A stretch of 62,512 bases of DNA, the filler included, from Kipferlia bialata (lineage: Eukaryota), in assembly GCA_003568945.1 (NCBI GenBank). It is 5 parts of 5 records of this genome, joined end to end, with 100 filler letters (N's around TTAATTAATTAA, not from the genome) between each part and the next. Parts side by side here need not be neighbours in the genome. Positions count along the whole stretch, not along the records: positions 1 to 14,681 come from BDIP01000418.1; 4 more parts are not named here. One strand, 5' to 3'. How positions within the stretch are numbered: the first letter of the stretch is position 1; every line of letters begins with the position of its first letter. This document shows, piece by piece, positions 1-14,781 of the stretch. The position numbers and the translations under genes are program-made. The notes beneath the pieces are model-generated. The model did no database searches. It saw only the letters and a list, made by a program, of their open reading frames with translations, and was not told where the DNA came from.

Positions 1-226
1 TGTCCCTCTGTTTGCCAGTCTCTCTCTCTCTCCCCCCCCCCCATCTTACTATAGGTGTCTGGTCAGCTTCCCCAAGTGGAAGCCTCTGTCTGTGTGCCTC
101 TATCTCTCTCTCTCTCTCTCTCTCCCCCCTCTCTAACTATAGGTGTCTGGTTAATCCCCAAGTGGAAGCCTCTGTCTGCGTGTCTCTATCTCTCTCTGTC
201 TCTCTCTCTCACCATTCTTACTCTAG

Positions 227-3200
227 GTGTCTGGCCAACTTCCCCAAGTGGAAGAGGGAGGCTCTGATGAAGACACTCTCTGATGCTATAGGGTCAGAGG
301 CAGAGGGAGATGGAGATGGAGAGGGAGAGGGAGAGGGAGAGGGAGAGGGAGAGAGGTTTGGTCCCTGGGCAGGTGAGGATGATGAATGTATTCTATCCGT
401 ATTTGCATTCACCACATACAACAAGGGGGTGGCACTCTCTCTCTTTCTCTCTGTATGTATATCTTACTCTCAGGTACTGATAGCATGAGGGATGCCTTCA
501 CCACATACAATAAGGGTGTGGCATCCAGTGGCGGGAGGGCCCTGGACACACACTCCCTCACACTCTTTGACAGTCTGTGTGATGGGGCAGTGTACCATTT
601 AGTGAATGAGGTACATATATATGTATATACTCTCTCTCTTTATATATATATGCTGTATATATACTCTTTTGGCATTCTCTGCGATGGGGCAGTGTATCAC
701 TTGGTCAATGAGGTACTGATACACATATAGTTAATATGTGTAAATATATCGTACATGTCTGTTGTAATTATTTGGATGGTTTGTACTCACTCCTAGGTCC
801 GGCGAGCCAGACGCGGCCTGTCCCTGGAGAAGGAGAGAGAGAGGGTGGCAGAGAAGGAGAGAGAGACAGATGAAGTGGGGGCACTCACACTGGTCCTACC
901 TCCTCACAGGTGTGTGTGTATGTATGAATATGTCTCTATGTATGTATATGTACATTCATCAATGTATGTGTATAGAAGTATATTTCCGTCTAACCTCTAG
1001 TGTTGCAGATACTGACACCTCTGGCAAGGGCAAGAGAGATATCATACTAGCCACTCAATTACTATATGTGTATAGAAATTTCCTTATATTCATATATACA
1101 TACCCAAACCTAACCCATAGTGTTCCAGACACCCCTGGCAAGGGCAGGAGAGAGGCTGTGTCCTCTAGGTTCCCATCTGAGTTCCCATCAGACCTCTACT
1201 GCTGTGAGAGGTATGAGTACATAATACAATAATAAGACAGGATTACAATATACATATAATAGTAGTATTGGTGTTAGTGTCCAATACGTCTCTGATTCTT
1301 CGAGTCGTCTAGTTACTACTGTGAGATTTACCATCGTTAATTGTGTAGTATACACTACAGTATATAACTGTGGGTATATTAGTCTAATTATATATATATT
1401 CATTGTGTAGTGCTTACTCACAGGTCTTGTCTGGCTGCATATGATGAGCCTGAGAGACATGCAGAGAGGGACGCACTCATGGCTAAGGTACCAAACCTAT
1501 ACGCTTGTGTATACATTGGGTATAGAAGTATCTAATGCGAGACTGTATCCATGTGACAGGCACACATATGTATATACTATAACTATGTTATTTTACCTCT
1601 AATCTTTAGATCCGTGTCCTGGCCAAGAGGTGGAAGTTCATATTGATTTTATTCACATACACAAATTACATTTTATATATACTATATACTATACATACCT
1701 CTAACCCCCAGATCCGTGTCCTGGCCAAGAGGTGCAAGTTCCTGGGGGAGTCCAGGAAGCAGCCCCATCTGCAGGTAGTATATATATCGTCATTTTAGAC
1801 TCAAGTATGCGTATGCAGATGCCTATGCTAACCCCTTAGAACTTCATCATAGACCATGTGATTTATCCAGTATTTGCACTTGTGTACGTATCCTTCCTCT
1901 ATTCTTCTATTCTAACCCTCTAGAACTTCATCATGGACCATCTGTATGACATTGAGGCCAGGCAGTTCAAGTGGGGGCTGTGCGAACAGGTGGGGGATCA
2001 CCTTTATGATAAGACTATTGGTACATTAATCAGTAAACCTTACTCTCGTACTGGTTATCTTCCTCTTGTGTGTAGTGATATCATTCCCTCTTACTTTAGG
2101 CCGTGATGCGCATGATTGGCTGTCCCTCGCCCCAGAAGCTGACCCTTCTCATCCAGAGGGGGCTGGCATCAGGTATATATGGATGTATATATATATGGAT
2201 GTATTTGGATACATACACCTCACTCAAGATTGAGTGTTATATGTGTCATTTATATCCCCCCATTCCCCTCACCGTTGTAAAGAGCTCCCATACCATTCAC
2301 TCTGAGCGTCTCCCTCTCTCTCTCCCCCTCTCCTTACCCCCAGGCATAGACCAATTGTGTTCCCTCTCCATCCTGCCCTTACTCTCTCTCTCGTCACCCC
2401 CAGGCATAGCCCGTGACACATCTGTCAGGTGGAGGAGGGGAGGCAAGCAGGTATGGGCAGATATAGATAGTTTATACCTAGTATGTCTTGTATACTATGA
2501 CTAGTATATATAGAGAGGAAGAGAGAGAAGGTGAGGTAGACTTGTGCCACATCAGTCAGGTGGAGGAGGGATTGGAAACAAGTGCATGATATATATACCT
2601 TATCTATGTATAGTACCTGTGAGTGTATTTTGCATGTCTATTCTTTTACTTCAGGACGACTCTGATTCTGATGACACCCCTGTTGTCAAGAGTGAGAGAC
2701 TCAAGACTAGGGCCAGAGGGACACCAAGGGGGAAGGGTGGCAGGTATAGTTGATATGTGCATGTTCATCCCTTGCCTCGACTGTTGTATGCTGTTTTCTC
2801 TCTCTAATTAATATAAATGTATATTAATTCCCCACTCTTTAGCTCACCTCCCATGCCCTCTCCGTGCGTACACATCTATATTTGCCTCTATTTCAATTTC
2901 CATCTTCTCCATTAGTCTCTCTAACTACCAGATTCATCGCCTTCAATATTTTGTTTTACAATGCTCTCTTTCAGTATGATTATATATCTATATATATACT
3001 AATTCTCAGATTCACCTCCCATGCCCTGCCCATGCGTACCAGTGTCCCCAGCACACCTGCCGCACCTGCTGCCTCTGGTGCAGATGCTGCCACGGATGGG
3101 GACGCCAGGCTGGAGCTATTGGAGGGACACCCACAGAATAAGGAGGTGTGTTTGTGTAGTCAATGTTTTACACCGTAAGATGTAAATACATACACATACA

Positions 3201-6200
3201 CTGACCCCAGACTGTCAGTACTGTCATTAGTATACTGCATATATATACTATATACTATGTATACTATTTCTTGCCTCACCTGTATATATATATGTGAATG
3301 TGAATGTACTTCTATGTAACCCATCTGACCCCAGACTGTCCTTGCCGCTGTCATTGGGCTGCATGAGAAGCTCAAGGCTAGGTGGGTAAATTGTCTCTCT
3401 CTCTTAGGATATCTATTCTTATATGACTATTTCTGTGTCATGAGAAGCTAAAGGCTAGGTGAGCAGAAGTGAATATGTGCAATAGTTCTTTTGTTGTGTT
3501 CACAATATTTACATATATGATCCTCTCTAACCTCTTAGGAAGTATGCCGTGTCCAAGGTCAGAGGGGAGGAGAAGAGGAAGTTCATATCAAGGTGAGTAT
3601 ATGCAGTCAATATATTACATCAACCTGTACTGATTCCATTTGTGGGTTGTCTTGTCTCTCCCACTCCCAGGTGGTTCCTGGACCTCACCACTGGCATCTT
3701 TATATTCGTTTCTTCCTATCTTTGTACCATGATACTCTTCTCTATACAGTACCTCTTACTCCCAGGTGGTTCCTGGACCCTACCTCTGGCATGCTGCTAG
3801 TGGATGCCAGATACGTGGGGAAGCTGGTCGGGTCTAAGGTTCGTATATACGTATATCCATTATCTTAATTATTTATTTACTATGTTAATATGTTAGTTAC
3901 GACAGTGTCGTTTGTGTGTTTGCATATTTAGGGTTGTATATAATATGTACATATTATCGTCTGACCCCTAGCCCTACCTGGTTCAGGACGTAGAGGCAGC
4001 TGCCAAGGCTAGGCTAAGGTATAGGATATGTATGGTTATACCTAATTCATATATGAATAGTTAGGTATAGATATATACGTGTAAGCAACTGCCAAGGCGA
4101 GCACTCTTACTTACCCCTTGGAGTGGTGACAATGTGGCCCTTGACTCTGAGTCTGAGTGGATATATATGTACACATTTATAGCGAGATTCTTTAGTATCA
4201 CATTCTATTCTCCATCGGCGTGTGTCCCATAGTCCTCACCCCTAGGAGTGGTGGCAATGTAGCACTAGATTCTGACTCTGAGGCAGAGGCTGAGTCTGAG
4301 AGTGAGGGAGAGGAGGAGGAAGAGAGAGAGAGAGAGAGTGCAGAGGAGGGGGAGGTACCAGTCAAGAAGGAGAGGAGACGCAGAGGTATGGACGAATCTA
4401 CTCCTATAATGCTTTCATGGTTAATCATATGAATACAACTCGTTGTGTCCTACTTATCTCTCTCTCTCTCTCTCTACACCCTTTATTCACCCCAGTTGTT
4501 GTGGACGAGGACCAGGACGGGGAGTGGAAGGTGAGTGGCGTCTTTCGATACGTAGTCTCTGGTGCATATCACCGATCCAAGATAGGACTGCTGGCTACCA
4601 CAATAGAAGTGGTATCTTCACTTGCGCATAGTATCTTATATGTGTTTATAACCCCAGGAGAGTGACCGCCCCACCCCGAGGAGAAGAAGGGACAAGACAC
4701 CACGCACAACACGGGCCAAGAGTGGGAGAGGTACTCTCTCACTCTTTCTCTACACTCTATATTTACTCCAGCTGTTTCGTATTCTCTTTGTCACTCTCCA
4801 TCTCTCTCTCTACACCCTCTATTCACCCCAGCTGTTGGCGATGCCCTAGGTACAGTTGCAGTGGGTGGAGTCACAAGGCACCAGGGGTACGTATATATAT
4901 ACATCTATCATACCTCAAGTATTAACTATCTCAGACCTCTAGTGTTGACTATTATTGACAATTATTGACCCGTTAGGGAGGATAGAGCTGCTGCCATTGC
5001 AGGCTTCTTCAAGAAGTATGGCGTGACATGCTCCTCATCCAGGATGGGCGAGAAGAAGAGGCAGTTCATCAAGGTATCCCTATTCGTGAGAAGTGTTTCA
5101 TGACTCTCTATTGGGATTTGGTGCCTAGAGCGACTGTCTTATGTTTTGGTATTCTACTAGTAACCCCTCAGGACTGGTACATTGACATTGAGACTGGGCA
5201 CTACGTCATGCCACCAAGGTAGGGGACATTTATATATTCATATATATATACTTCTTTTTAAGTATCTGTATCAGTATATTAATACATAATGTATACACCA
5301 CTATTTTCTATGATACTCTTTCTATATTGAGTCTCTGTACTCAATGGTTGTCCCACCGTTTATCCTTACCCCAGGGATGTCCAGAAGCAGATGAAGAGTG
5401 GAGACAGGCTGATAGCAGACGTGGAGATTCAGGTATGATTCTGAGTAGTGTTGAATATCTGTGTATATTTACTTTCCTCTCACATTAGCACCCTTCCAAG
5501 GCAGTCCTTCTCTCTCTTTCATTCTCTCGATACAGTATATACCCTCTTTTACCCCAGGCCCTGGCCCGTCTCAAGGAGAAGGGGTCAGTCTTTGGACCAT
5601 CAGATGATGAGGTATATACATACTCTTTCTCTATACACCATTAAGCTTTCTCTCTATATATTCACCCTTAAGCTTTCTCTCTCTACGTCTCTATTCTCTA
5701 TCTCCTTATACACCCTTATTGTTAGGACGATGATGCCAAGCCTGACCCCCGGTACAGACTGCTCAGACAGTATCCAAGGGTGCGTAAGTATATATATAGT
5801 CTGATAATCAATACATGTATTACTAGTATCCCACACCATAGCAGTTTTGTTGACTGTACTCAAGGGTGCGTGGTTTCCTTCCAGTGTCTATATATGCACA
5901 TATATATATAGGTATGTCCACCCACCCCAGGACAGGAAGCAGCCCCTGCTGGATGCCCTGGACAAGCTGGACCTGCAGCTCAACAGGTGAGTGTATATAT
6001 ACCTTGCGCAATTTCTCTCTCTCCCTATCTTTACTGTTTACATATAATGCCAGGAGTGCCGGTGAGCCCTCCCGGTGTGCCACCCTCAAGAGGGCATTCA
6101 TCGAGGAGTGGTTCCTCAGTGAAGAAGGTGTGTATATTTAGCGAGTATGTATTCAATCTTGTGAGTTACAATGTGTGTGTTGTGTATCTCCCTCACCCTC

Positions 6201-9200
6201 CAGGAGGCCTCATCATATCCTTCTATTATTGTGTCATACTAGTGTTCACAGTATTGTTGTGTAATTCCATAACATGTCTTCCTCCCCATATTGTACATAT
6301 CTTACCCAGGCGGTCTCATCATGTCCTTCACCAGCACCCGAGAGCTGATGCGGTGCTCGGAGGGCACCATCAAGAAGGTATTGAGCTATACAATGACATA
6401 GATGACAGTAACTAGTTTACATATATACTAGATGACACAATGTATTTAGCAACTGATGCGGTGCTCAGAGGGCACCATCAAGAAGGTATAGTCCACCCCA
6501 TTCATTAGACACAGTAACAATGGATATATGGGTATATATGTATATGTACTATATGTTATATACGACTGAGGCGGTGCTCAGAGGGTACCATCAAGAAGGT
6601 ATATAAGTCTACTGAATATCTACGCGTCTCTCTTTGTTCTACACGAGTGTCCTTCTTACCCCTCAGGCTGTCAATGCCGCCAAGGGTATCAAGGAGACTG
6701 GGAGTGCATACAGGTTGAAGCTGCTGCAGGGGTTCCTAGGGGACAAGGATGTGGTGGTTAAGGTATACTGGTATATATCCATGTAAACTTGTAAATTGAG
6801 GAATGAGCAAATGTCTAACCCCAGGCCATGAAGGAGCTAGACACTGTCATTGAGCGCACTGGGAGGGATGCCCAGGGGCCCATCAAGAGGAGGTTCATCA
6901 TCAAGCACTTCTTCGACACAGAGACAGGTATATATATTATCTCTCTTTCTCCCTCTCTCTCTCCCCCACCCCCATTCTCTCTCTTTCGCTCACACGTTCT
7001 CTCTATTTACCTAGCTGCATTCCTTGCTCATACTGAATATGACCTCACCCCATGAGAGCTCTCTACCCCTATGTATACATGTACTCATGTACCATAATTG
7101 AATATGACCGATATATATATTGACGTCATAATTCCTATTTCGGCTCACCCCAGGAGAGCTCTCTTTCTCCCTCTCTATCTCCCTCCCTCTCTCTCCCATT
7201 CTCTATCTTTATATCGGTGGTCTTTGCTCACCCCAGGAGAGCTCTCTCTGCCCCTCTCTACAGATGAACATCTATGTCATTACTGATAGTGACCCATATG
7301 TATTGACGCGTTTTGTCTTTCGCTCACCCCAGGAGAGCTCTCTCTGCCCCGCCGGCGCATAGCCACCCTGCTCAAGTGTGGAGGGGGGTTGGTGACCAGG
7401 GTGAGACCGTCATTATCTTGATGACTATACAGTATTTTTATATACTTATGTGAGTATCGTATAAGGAATGTGTATTGTATTTTTGAATAATACTCTTACC
7501 CCCCAGGCCGTTAGCATTGGTAGGGGTGAGGCCCAGGAGGAGGTGGTGGTGCACTCAGACGAGGACGAGAGGTTAGGATGCTAGACCTATTATTTTTTTT
7601 GTGACTATATACGGAGATAGTAGCGCTGTCAGACGAGGATGAAAGGGAAAGTGTACATATTCATCCCAGTATTTTGTGTGTTGTCATTTCATTATTATGT
7701 ATCCTAACCCAGACCAACAAAGTCCAAGGGCTCCAAGGCCAGGGGTCCTGGCAGGCCCAGGTACATTGTACCATAGAGTATAGTATTCCTTACTGTTAAA
7801 TGATATGTTCTACTCTATTGTATATATATACTAATGTATAGGTCCAGGCGGAGTGCCAGACGTGCTGCCCTGCCTAAGAGTAGCATACCCAGTGACTCGG
7901 AGGAGGAGGAGGAGGAGGTATGTGCTAGAGACCATATTTGTATATTTTCATACTTATATGTGTTGCATCATACCAACCCCAGGACGAGTCTGACCAGGAC
8001 ATCCCGGCAGAGGCATCACTCTCCAGCCAGCAGGTAAGGATACTACTCTATAGACGCAAATGTATCCAAGTATATCTTACCCCACCTGTATACTAGCATT
8101 GTCCTCACCCCTGGCCCGCTGCATGCCTGTCTCTTAGTATGTAAGAGTTTTGCATATATGTATATACTTGAATACTTATACCTTACCTCTCAGGCCCGTG
8201 CTGTACATGCATCTATTGCTGGCCCCTCACCAGGCAGTGGCAAGGCAGCAAACATCGCCAACCTGATGGGTGCGTGTATATATATGTAGAATATGTATGT
8301 GGATTATATTTCATTTTTGTTTATTCCCATATACTTACCCCAGCCATGGGCATGGGCATGGCCCCTGCACGTCCCTCTCTCTCACTCTCTTTCTCTATGT
8401 ATACACATACTGGTTTTCATATATATATACATTACTCTTACCCCCAGCCATGGGCATGGGCATGGCGCCTGCACATGACGAGGAGAGCTCGGCATTCTCA
8501 GAGGTGGGTGATTGTTCACATATGTACACATATATATAGGCATATATAGTAAAGTGTCACACATATTAGTATGATAGTACCTCTTCTAACCCCCAGTCTG
8601 AGCCGCGTCTGATATCGGACACAGAGGCAGAGAGAGAGAGAGCAAAGGAGGAGGAGACCACAGACGAGGAGGAGGAGAGACCTACGCCTGTGTATAGGGG
8701 GCCAGGGGGAGCAGGGTCACGGCCGGCCGTCGAGCCTGACGTGTCCGCCGAGTCTGACGAGTCCATGGAGGCTGACCTAGCCCAGTACCCAGCAGAGAGG
8801 AGACAGGCGCTGAGGGGGGCACTCAGAGAGACAAGTGCCAGGCTGAGGTATTGTCACTCATACGTTCATAACGTTGTCTATCTGATAGTCCAATGTCTCT
8901 TTGTCTCTCCCTATTGTTCTACCACAATAGCTTTGTTTATATATGTGTTTATACCAGGAACATCGCTGCTGGCACCATGCGCACCATGCTGATAGCAGCA
9001 TTCATCAGAGACTGGTGAGTTATGTATTATATATATATATATAGATATATATATATATGTATGTATATATACAGATACATATATGCTAGTATGAGTATAG
9101 CTTGGTGCCATGCTGATAGCAGCATTCATCAGAGACTGGTATGTACTCTTATGTGTATGCAATTAATACTGTTGTTCTACCTACCAGCTCTGCATATGTA

Positions 9201-9755
9201 TCCGTTTGTACTGTGTATATACTATAGGTATATATAGTGCCACTCCATATTTCCGTAGCTCTCCAGGTTTGTGGATGCCACCTACCAGCTGTGCATGTTC
9301 TGTATATACTATTCATATGCATATAATAATAGTTTGTATATTCTGTACTCTCGTCCAATCTAACGCTAGGTTTGTGGATGCCACCTCCCAGCTGTGCATA
9401 CCTGGGGATGCAGTCATGAGGCTGCTCAACTGTGGGTATGTACAAATATGTACATATATACTCTTGTATATACACTGAATTCTATTCAGATTATAATTGC
9501 AGTCATGAGGCTGCTCAACTGTGGGTGAGGACACATTCATTATCATATGTTTACGTATATATATATACGAAATAGATAGATATAATAATTGATAGTATTC
9601 ATTCACATAATGATAGTTGATCTGACCCCGCGTCCAGTAACCTTGTGGCTGTTGTGGTTACTACCTCTCTCTCTCTCTCTCTCTCTTCCTCTCTCTATAA
9701 ATGATATATACTTTTCTAACTCCAGCCCAAGTGACCTTGAGGCTGCTGTCGTTAG

Positions 9756-9789
<34 letters not shown>

Positions 9790-10057
9790 TCTCTCTATAA
9801 ACGTTATATACTTTTCTAACTCCAGCCTTAGTGACCTTGAGGCAGCTGTCGTTGGGTCATCTCTATCTCTCTATATCTCTCTCTCTCTCTCTCTGTGAAT
9901 TATATGTACTCTTCTCACCCCTAGTCCAAGTGACCTTGAGGCTGCTGTGGTTGGCTCCTCTACTGGTCCCTGGGGGCAGAAGAGGGAGAGAGAGAGAGGG
10001 ACAGAGGGGGAGACTGAGCAGTTTGGGGCAGGGAAGAGGAGCTTTGGATACTGATAT
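227..10057 (+). CDS. Large multi-exon hypothetical protein (partial) with ~7 copies of a CC-x-C / FIxx[WH]FxD module and acidic/basic low-complexity linkers
   Basis: GT-AG exons join in frame. Examples: 227-372 (CLANFPKWKREALMKTL...), 474-610, and ...DLYCCER|SCLAAYDEPERHAERDALMAK|IRVLAKRCKFLGESRKQPHLQ|NFIMDHLYDIEARQFKWGLCEQ|AVMRMIGCPSPQ (about 1170-2172). The chain continues to ...IAAFIRD|WFVDATSQLCIPGDAVMRLLNCG|PSDLEAAVVG (about 8960-9960). The 5' end is outside the window and the 3' end runs into a poly-C tract. It could be more than one gene. Confidence 0.65.
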
Positions 10058-10094
<37 letters not shown>

Positions 10095-10225
10095 TTTGTT
10101 TTTTTTCCCCCCTTCCCCCCCCCCCCCCCCCCCCAGGTGCCTTTGTGGCTCTGGTCATCCTCTCTCCGCTTAATATGGAATAAGTTTTCCCTACTGCACT
10201 CCATTGATGTTTCTTCTTACTTCAG

Positions 10226-12938
10226 GTGCCTTTGTAGCCTTGGTCATCAGCAATGTGGAGCCAGACGCACTCCCATCATTTGGTACGGAGAAATACATGG
10301 GTCTTATACTGCTATTTATGTCTGTATCTCTCATACCCCACTACCGTCTTCCCCTCACATCGTATATATCATCATGCTATTTTTCATATGAATGTGTATC
10401 TGTACACTGTCTGACCCCAGCTGCCATCTTCCCGTCCGATGCCATCCTGCTGATACTGATCCCCCCCATCATACTGCATGGGGGGTACGGGCTGGACAAG
10501 GGCATGTTCTTCAGAAACATAGGTATTGTATGTGGTACTGTATGCATATATATGAAAATTGATACACACATTCATATGGAGGAGTATCGGATAACACATA
10601 TATACGTAATATCCAGGGTTTCGCTAGGGTTTGGTGTTCAACGCATAATAACCGTTGGTGTAGTCTATTAGTGTGACAATCCATCCTTTTATGTACGCTC
10701 ACCCCAGGCACCATTCTGTTCCTGGCCTTTGCAGGCACCCTAGTGGCATTCACAATCACAGGTACCGATAGATCGACTATCAATGATATAGAGTATTCAT
10801 TTACACATTCTCGCTAGGGATCTTCTTAGGCACCTTCTGGAGGCATTCACAATCATAGATACTCTGGTGGACACCCTGATACTGATGCGTATGTACATTT
10901 CTATATATCATATTCATACTACTCTATATATATAGAATCTTGATTTCCACTCCCTCTGACACCAGGCCTTGGTCTGTACCTCGTCTGTCTGATCCCATGG
11001 TTCGACACAGACCTCCCAATGAGGTAGAGAGATATTCTTAGCTGATGTGTCGTGTTTACATGTCAGGGTCAATTCGTTGGTAACTGTATATGACCCACTT
11101 ATACCCAGGGACGCCCTAGCCTTCGGTGCCCTGATCAGTGCCGTTGACCCTGTGGCCACCCTGGCTCTGTTTGGCAACATCAGGGTGGACAGGACGCTCT
11201 ACATGCTGGTCTTTGGGGAGAGTGAGTGGATGTATGTAAATAGTATATGTAGTATGTATTGTATCTATTGAGAGAATCACTGTATCGCTCTCTGTCCATC
11301 CCTATGCATATTTACTATTCACCACCTCACCCCAGGCACCCTCAACGATGCCGTGGCCGTTGTGCTCTATAGGACATTCTCAGAGTTTGACGAGACCCAC
11401 TTCAGCATATGGACAGCAGTCTGGCTGGTGTTCAACTTTGCATTCATCGCAGTCATGTCAGCCACAGTCGGAGTAGGTGTGTATGTATACATGAGTGTAT
11501 TTATGTGAGTATATGTATATGGATGTGTATGTATGTTGCTATATATCTCTCTTTGCTCCTCGTATCTTGTTCCACCAACCTTACCCCCAGTGATTGGCCT
11601 CATTGCTGCCCGTCTGTTCGTTATCCTGCCTCTGCACAGACAGCCCAACCTGGAGGTGCATATGTATATATATATATATACATGTTCATGAGATGGTTCT
11701 ATTGCAGCCTTGCATCTCGTCCCCCATAACCCACATCATCACCCTCCCTGTGTACCCTAGTGTCTAACCCCCCAGGTTGTGATGTCGATGCTGTGTGCCT
11801 ACCTGGCCTATGTCGTGGCAGAGGGTCTCTCGTGCTCTGGGGTCATGGCCATCCTGGCAGTGTCCATTGTGCTCAGGTGCTCTCTCTCTCTCTCTCTCTC
11901 TGCCTCTGTCATCCTCATTCCTCACATATCATTTCTCTCTCTCGCTGTGTGTGTGTCTTCTCTCTCACCCCCAGCCACTACATCAGCCACTCCTTGACCA
12001 AGCGTAGTAGGGACACCCTGGGGGACCTGGTACATGCACTGTCATTCCTGTCAGAGACAGTGGTCTTCTTGTTCCTAGGTGAGTGTACAGCCGGGTATTT
12101 GTATATGCGTGTATCTCTCTGTCTCCCTCTCACCCCAGGCCTGGCCCCCTTTGGGTGGGACATGCAGTTCAAGCACTGTATATATATGTATATATGAATA
12201 TGTATGTATAAGCGTATGAATCCCTCTCACCCCAGGTCTTGCCCCCTTTGGGTGGGACATGCAGTTCAAGCCCACCTTCATCATAGCCACCCTCATGCTC
12301 ATTGTGCTGTCGAGGTGTGTATATACACTTTCGTGTATACTTTTGTATGCTTAGCATGCTATAGTGTATACTATCCACCCTCTCCCTCTCACCTCAGACT
12401 GATTGTGGTGTATGGCCTGTCCAATGTGGCCAACAAGTGGAGGAAGCAGAAGATACCCACAGACCACATGTTTGTAATGTTCTGGGGTGGGCTTAGGTAC
12501 TGTATAGATGGTGTATATATGGTGCTTACTTGATATAGGCCTCTCCCTCACCCCCCAGAGGTGCTGTATCCTTCGGCCTTGCCCTTGGGTTTGAACTCGA
12601 GTACAGGGGTCTCATACTGGGTTGCACGGTACGAATATGTATATAGTACTATATACTCTATGCGATATCTATTGGCTGATTGACTCCTCTCCCCCACTGA
12701 CACTCCAGGTGTTTGTCGTTCTGTTCACGGTGGTGGCCTTTGGTGGTACCACATACCCCATTGTCAATGCACTCGCAAGGTGGGGATACTCTCTCTCTGT
12801 GTGTATCTCTCCACCATAGTATACATCTCACTGCCAGTGGTAACAAGAACCCTGCCGAGACTGCACCCCACCCTCAGGAGCACACTTCCAACCAGTCGAG
12901 GTGTGTATAGTATATATGTACTAGCTCACACACCCTAG

Positions 12939-12980
<42 letters not shown>

Positions 12981-13293
12981 CCTTGTGACCCCAGGGAGCA
13001 GAGCATGGACGATGCCTTTGCCAATGCCACGGTCAGCATGGTGGACGGAATGTGAGTGTGTTTAATACTACAGTATACTGATATATATACTACTACTGAT
13101 ATATGTATGTATATATACCCACATACAGCATGGTGGACGGAATGTGAGTGTTTCATATACTGCAGTATTCGTAATAATTTGTTTTGTCTCCCTCTCTGTT
13201 GCTTCTGGTGTTGCATGTTATTGTATTTGCGACTGCCACCATAGAGTGAGGAAGATGTCCTCCCAAATCAAATTCTCATTGCGTGTATATAGA

Positions 13294-13325
<32 letters not shown>

Positions 13326-14235
13326 TCTCTCTCTCCCTCTGACCCAGCCCCGTGGCAGATGTCCAGCTCAACAAGTTTGGGGTGTTTGACGAACGGTATC
13401 TTATGCCCCTATTCAGACGTAACAGCGTGATACCCGAGTACACATCCAACAGGTATATATATAATTATATATACCTTCTCTCGATCACTGATGGAATCAA
13501 TATTACCACCCATCCCAGCGTAGTATATTAATTGCACACTGTATATACTGCATGTCCCCCTACCCCTCACCCTCCAGAGAGGGCACGCTTCGCACAGGCA
13601 TAGCCAGGAGTGTGAGACAGTGGGTGTCTAGGGGGGTGGAGAGGACACGGTCGGAGAGAGACCTGACGCAGAGGCACACACTCCAGGAGGTGGGTATTGC
13701 TCGTCCACCTCTCTATACTATCAGTGCATAGTATAGTTAATCAATGTGAACCTCTCTTCTGACCCGTCAGCTCCCCACCACTGGCTACATCAGAAGTGCT
13801 GCCAACTCTGAGGACATAGATGACGGAGGGGTACTGCTAGGTGGGTTGCATCAATACACACACTCTCTCTCTCTCCCTCGTACTCTCTCTCTCTCTGTGT
13901 CTATGTGTTTATGCCACTCCCTCCCCCTCCCCCCACCCCCAGGGGATGACTCTGAGCTGGATGCCCCCACCTTCTTCAGAGGCAGCATAGAGATGGACAG
14001 ACTCAAGATGCAGCACGGGCTGGTGGACACCACATACCCCCCCGACACCCACACCCTCAGTCTCTCTGCCGCCATCGAGCAGGGGGTAGAGGCGACCTCC
14101 CACATGCACACCCTCGCCAGTGGGGGTGGCATGGGGGTGGAGGGGGAGGGGGAGCGCGAGGAGGGCAAGAGGCGGTTCAGGATGACAAAGGTCAACGTGC
14201 CCCTTCTGCCGGACCACGGCCTGCCCTTTGAGTAG
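10226..14235 (+). CDS. Na+/H+ exchanger (CPA1, NHE/NHX type), multi-exon, 5' end missing
   Basis: Spliced exons give [118 protein letters not shown] and [13 protein letters not shown]. These are hallmark CPA1 motifs. The stop follows LPFE at 14233-14235. Confidence 0.92.
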
Positions 14236-14505
14236 GGTATTTCCAATATAGCATAGTAGTCACAGACACATAAATATGCGTCTTGCAATTGTGAGTGCAG
14301 TGTGCATTCAGTGTGGAGATATATTTGTGGTGATTGGAGCTGGTGAGCTTCCGTGTAGAGGAATCCGGAGAATAGTCAGAAATTTCCGGCTATCCTCCGA
14401 CTGAAACCACAACTTGTTGTGACATAGGTCCTTTAACCAACGTAAACCGACAGTAATGCGAGGTACGGTTACTATGCTGGGAATTAATTACATAAATTCC
14501 ATAGT

Positions 14506-14681
14506 ATGGCATTATCGGCCTCATATAAGGGTGTGTTGCTTTGCTACGCCTATTAACTTATCAACAGGCCTTTTCCTCGCCTCAGCCATCGTGCTGTCAC
14601 TGCTGTCACTGCTATCCGTGGCATATGGCTCTACCTACGAGTACACCTCATCCTCAGGGACCTTTGGAATGAGCAGCTACT
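14506..14681 (+). CDS. 5' fragment of a hydrophobic (signal/TM) protein, truncated by spacer
   Basis: ATG at 14506 and a 37-nt GT-AG intron (14531-14567) give MALSASYKG-LFLASAIVLSLLSLLSVAYGSTYEY..., which runs into the N spacer. Confidence 0.35.
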
Positions 14682-14781
14682 NNNNNNNNNNNNNNNNNNN
14701 NNNNNNNNNNNNNNNNNNNNNNNNNTTAATTAATTAANNNNNNNNNNNNNNNNNNNNNNNNNNNNNNNNNNNNNNNNNNNN
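14682..14781. other. Artificial contig spacer N44-TTAATTAATTAA-N44
   Basis: 100-nt N block centred on a six-frame stop linker. It is identical at four places in the window. Confidence 0.97.

Noticed and set aside
10058..10135. Long poly-C/poly-G tracts (also about 14800, 18755, 33241, 52787-52860, 53946, 56109, 58811, 60228) as G-quadruplex or regulatory elements
   Set aside because: Several coincide with truncated genes or contig ends and look like low-quality sequence or misjoins. They cannot be trusted without reads.
14726..14737. TTAATTAATTAA palindrome recurring four times
   Set aside because: It is always centred in 44+44 Ns, so it is an artificial six-frame-stop linker. Adjacency across it is not biological.
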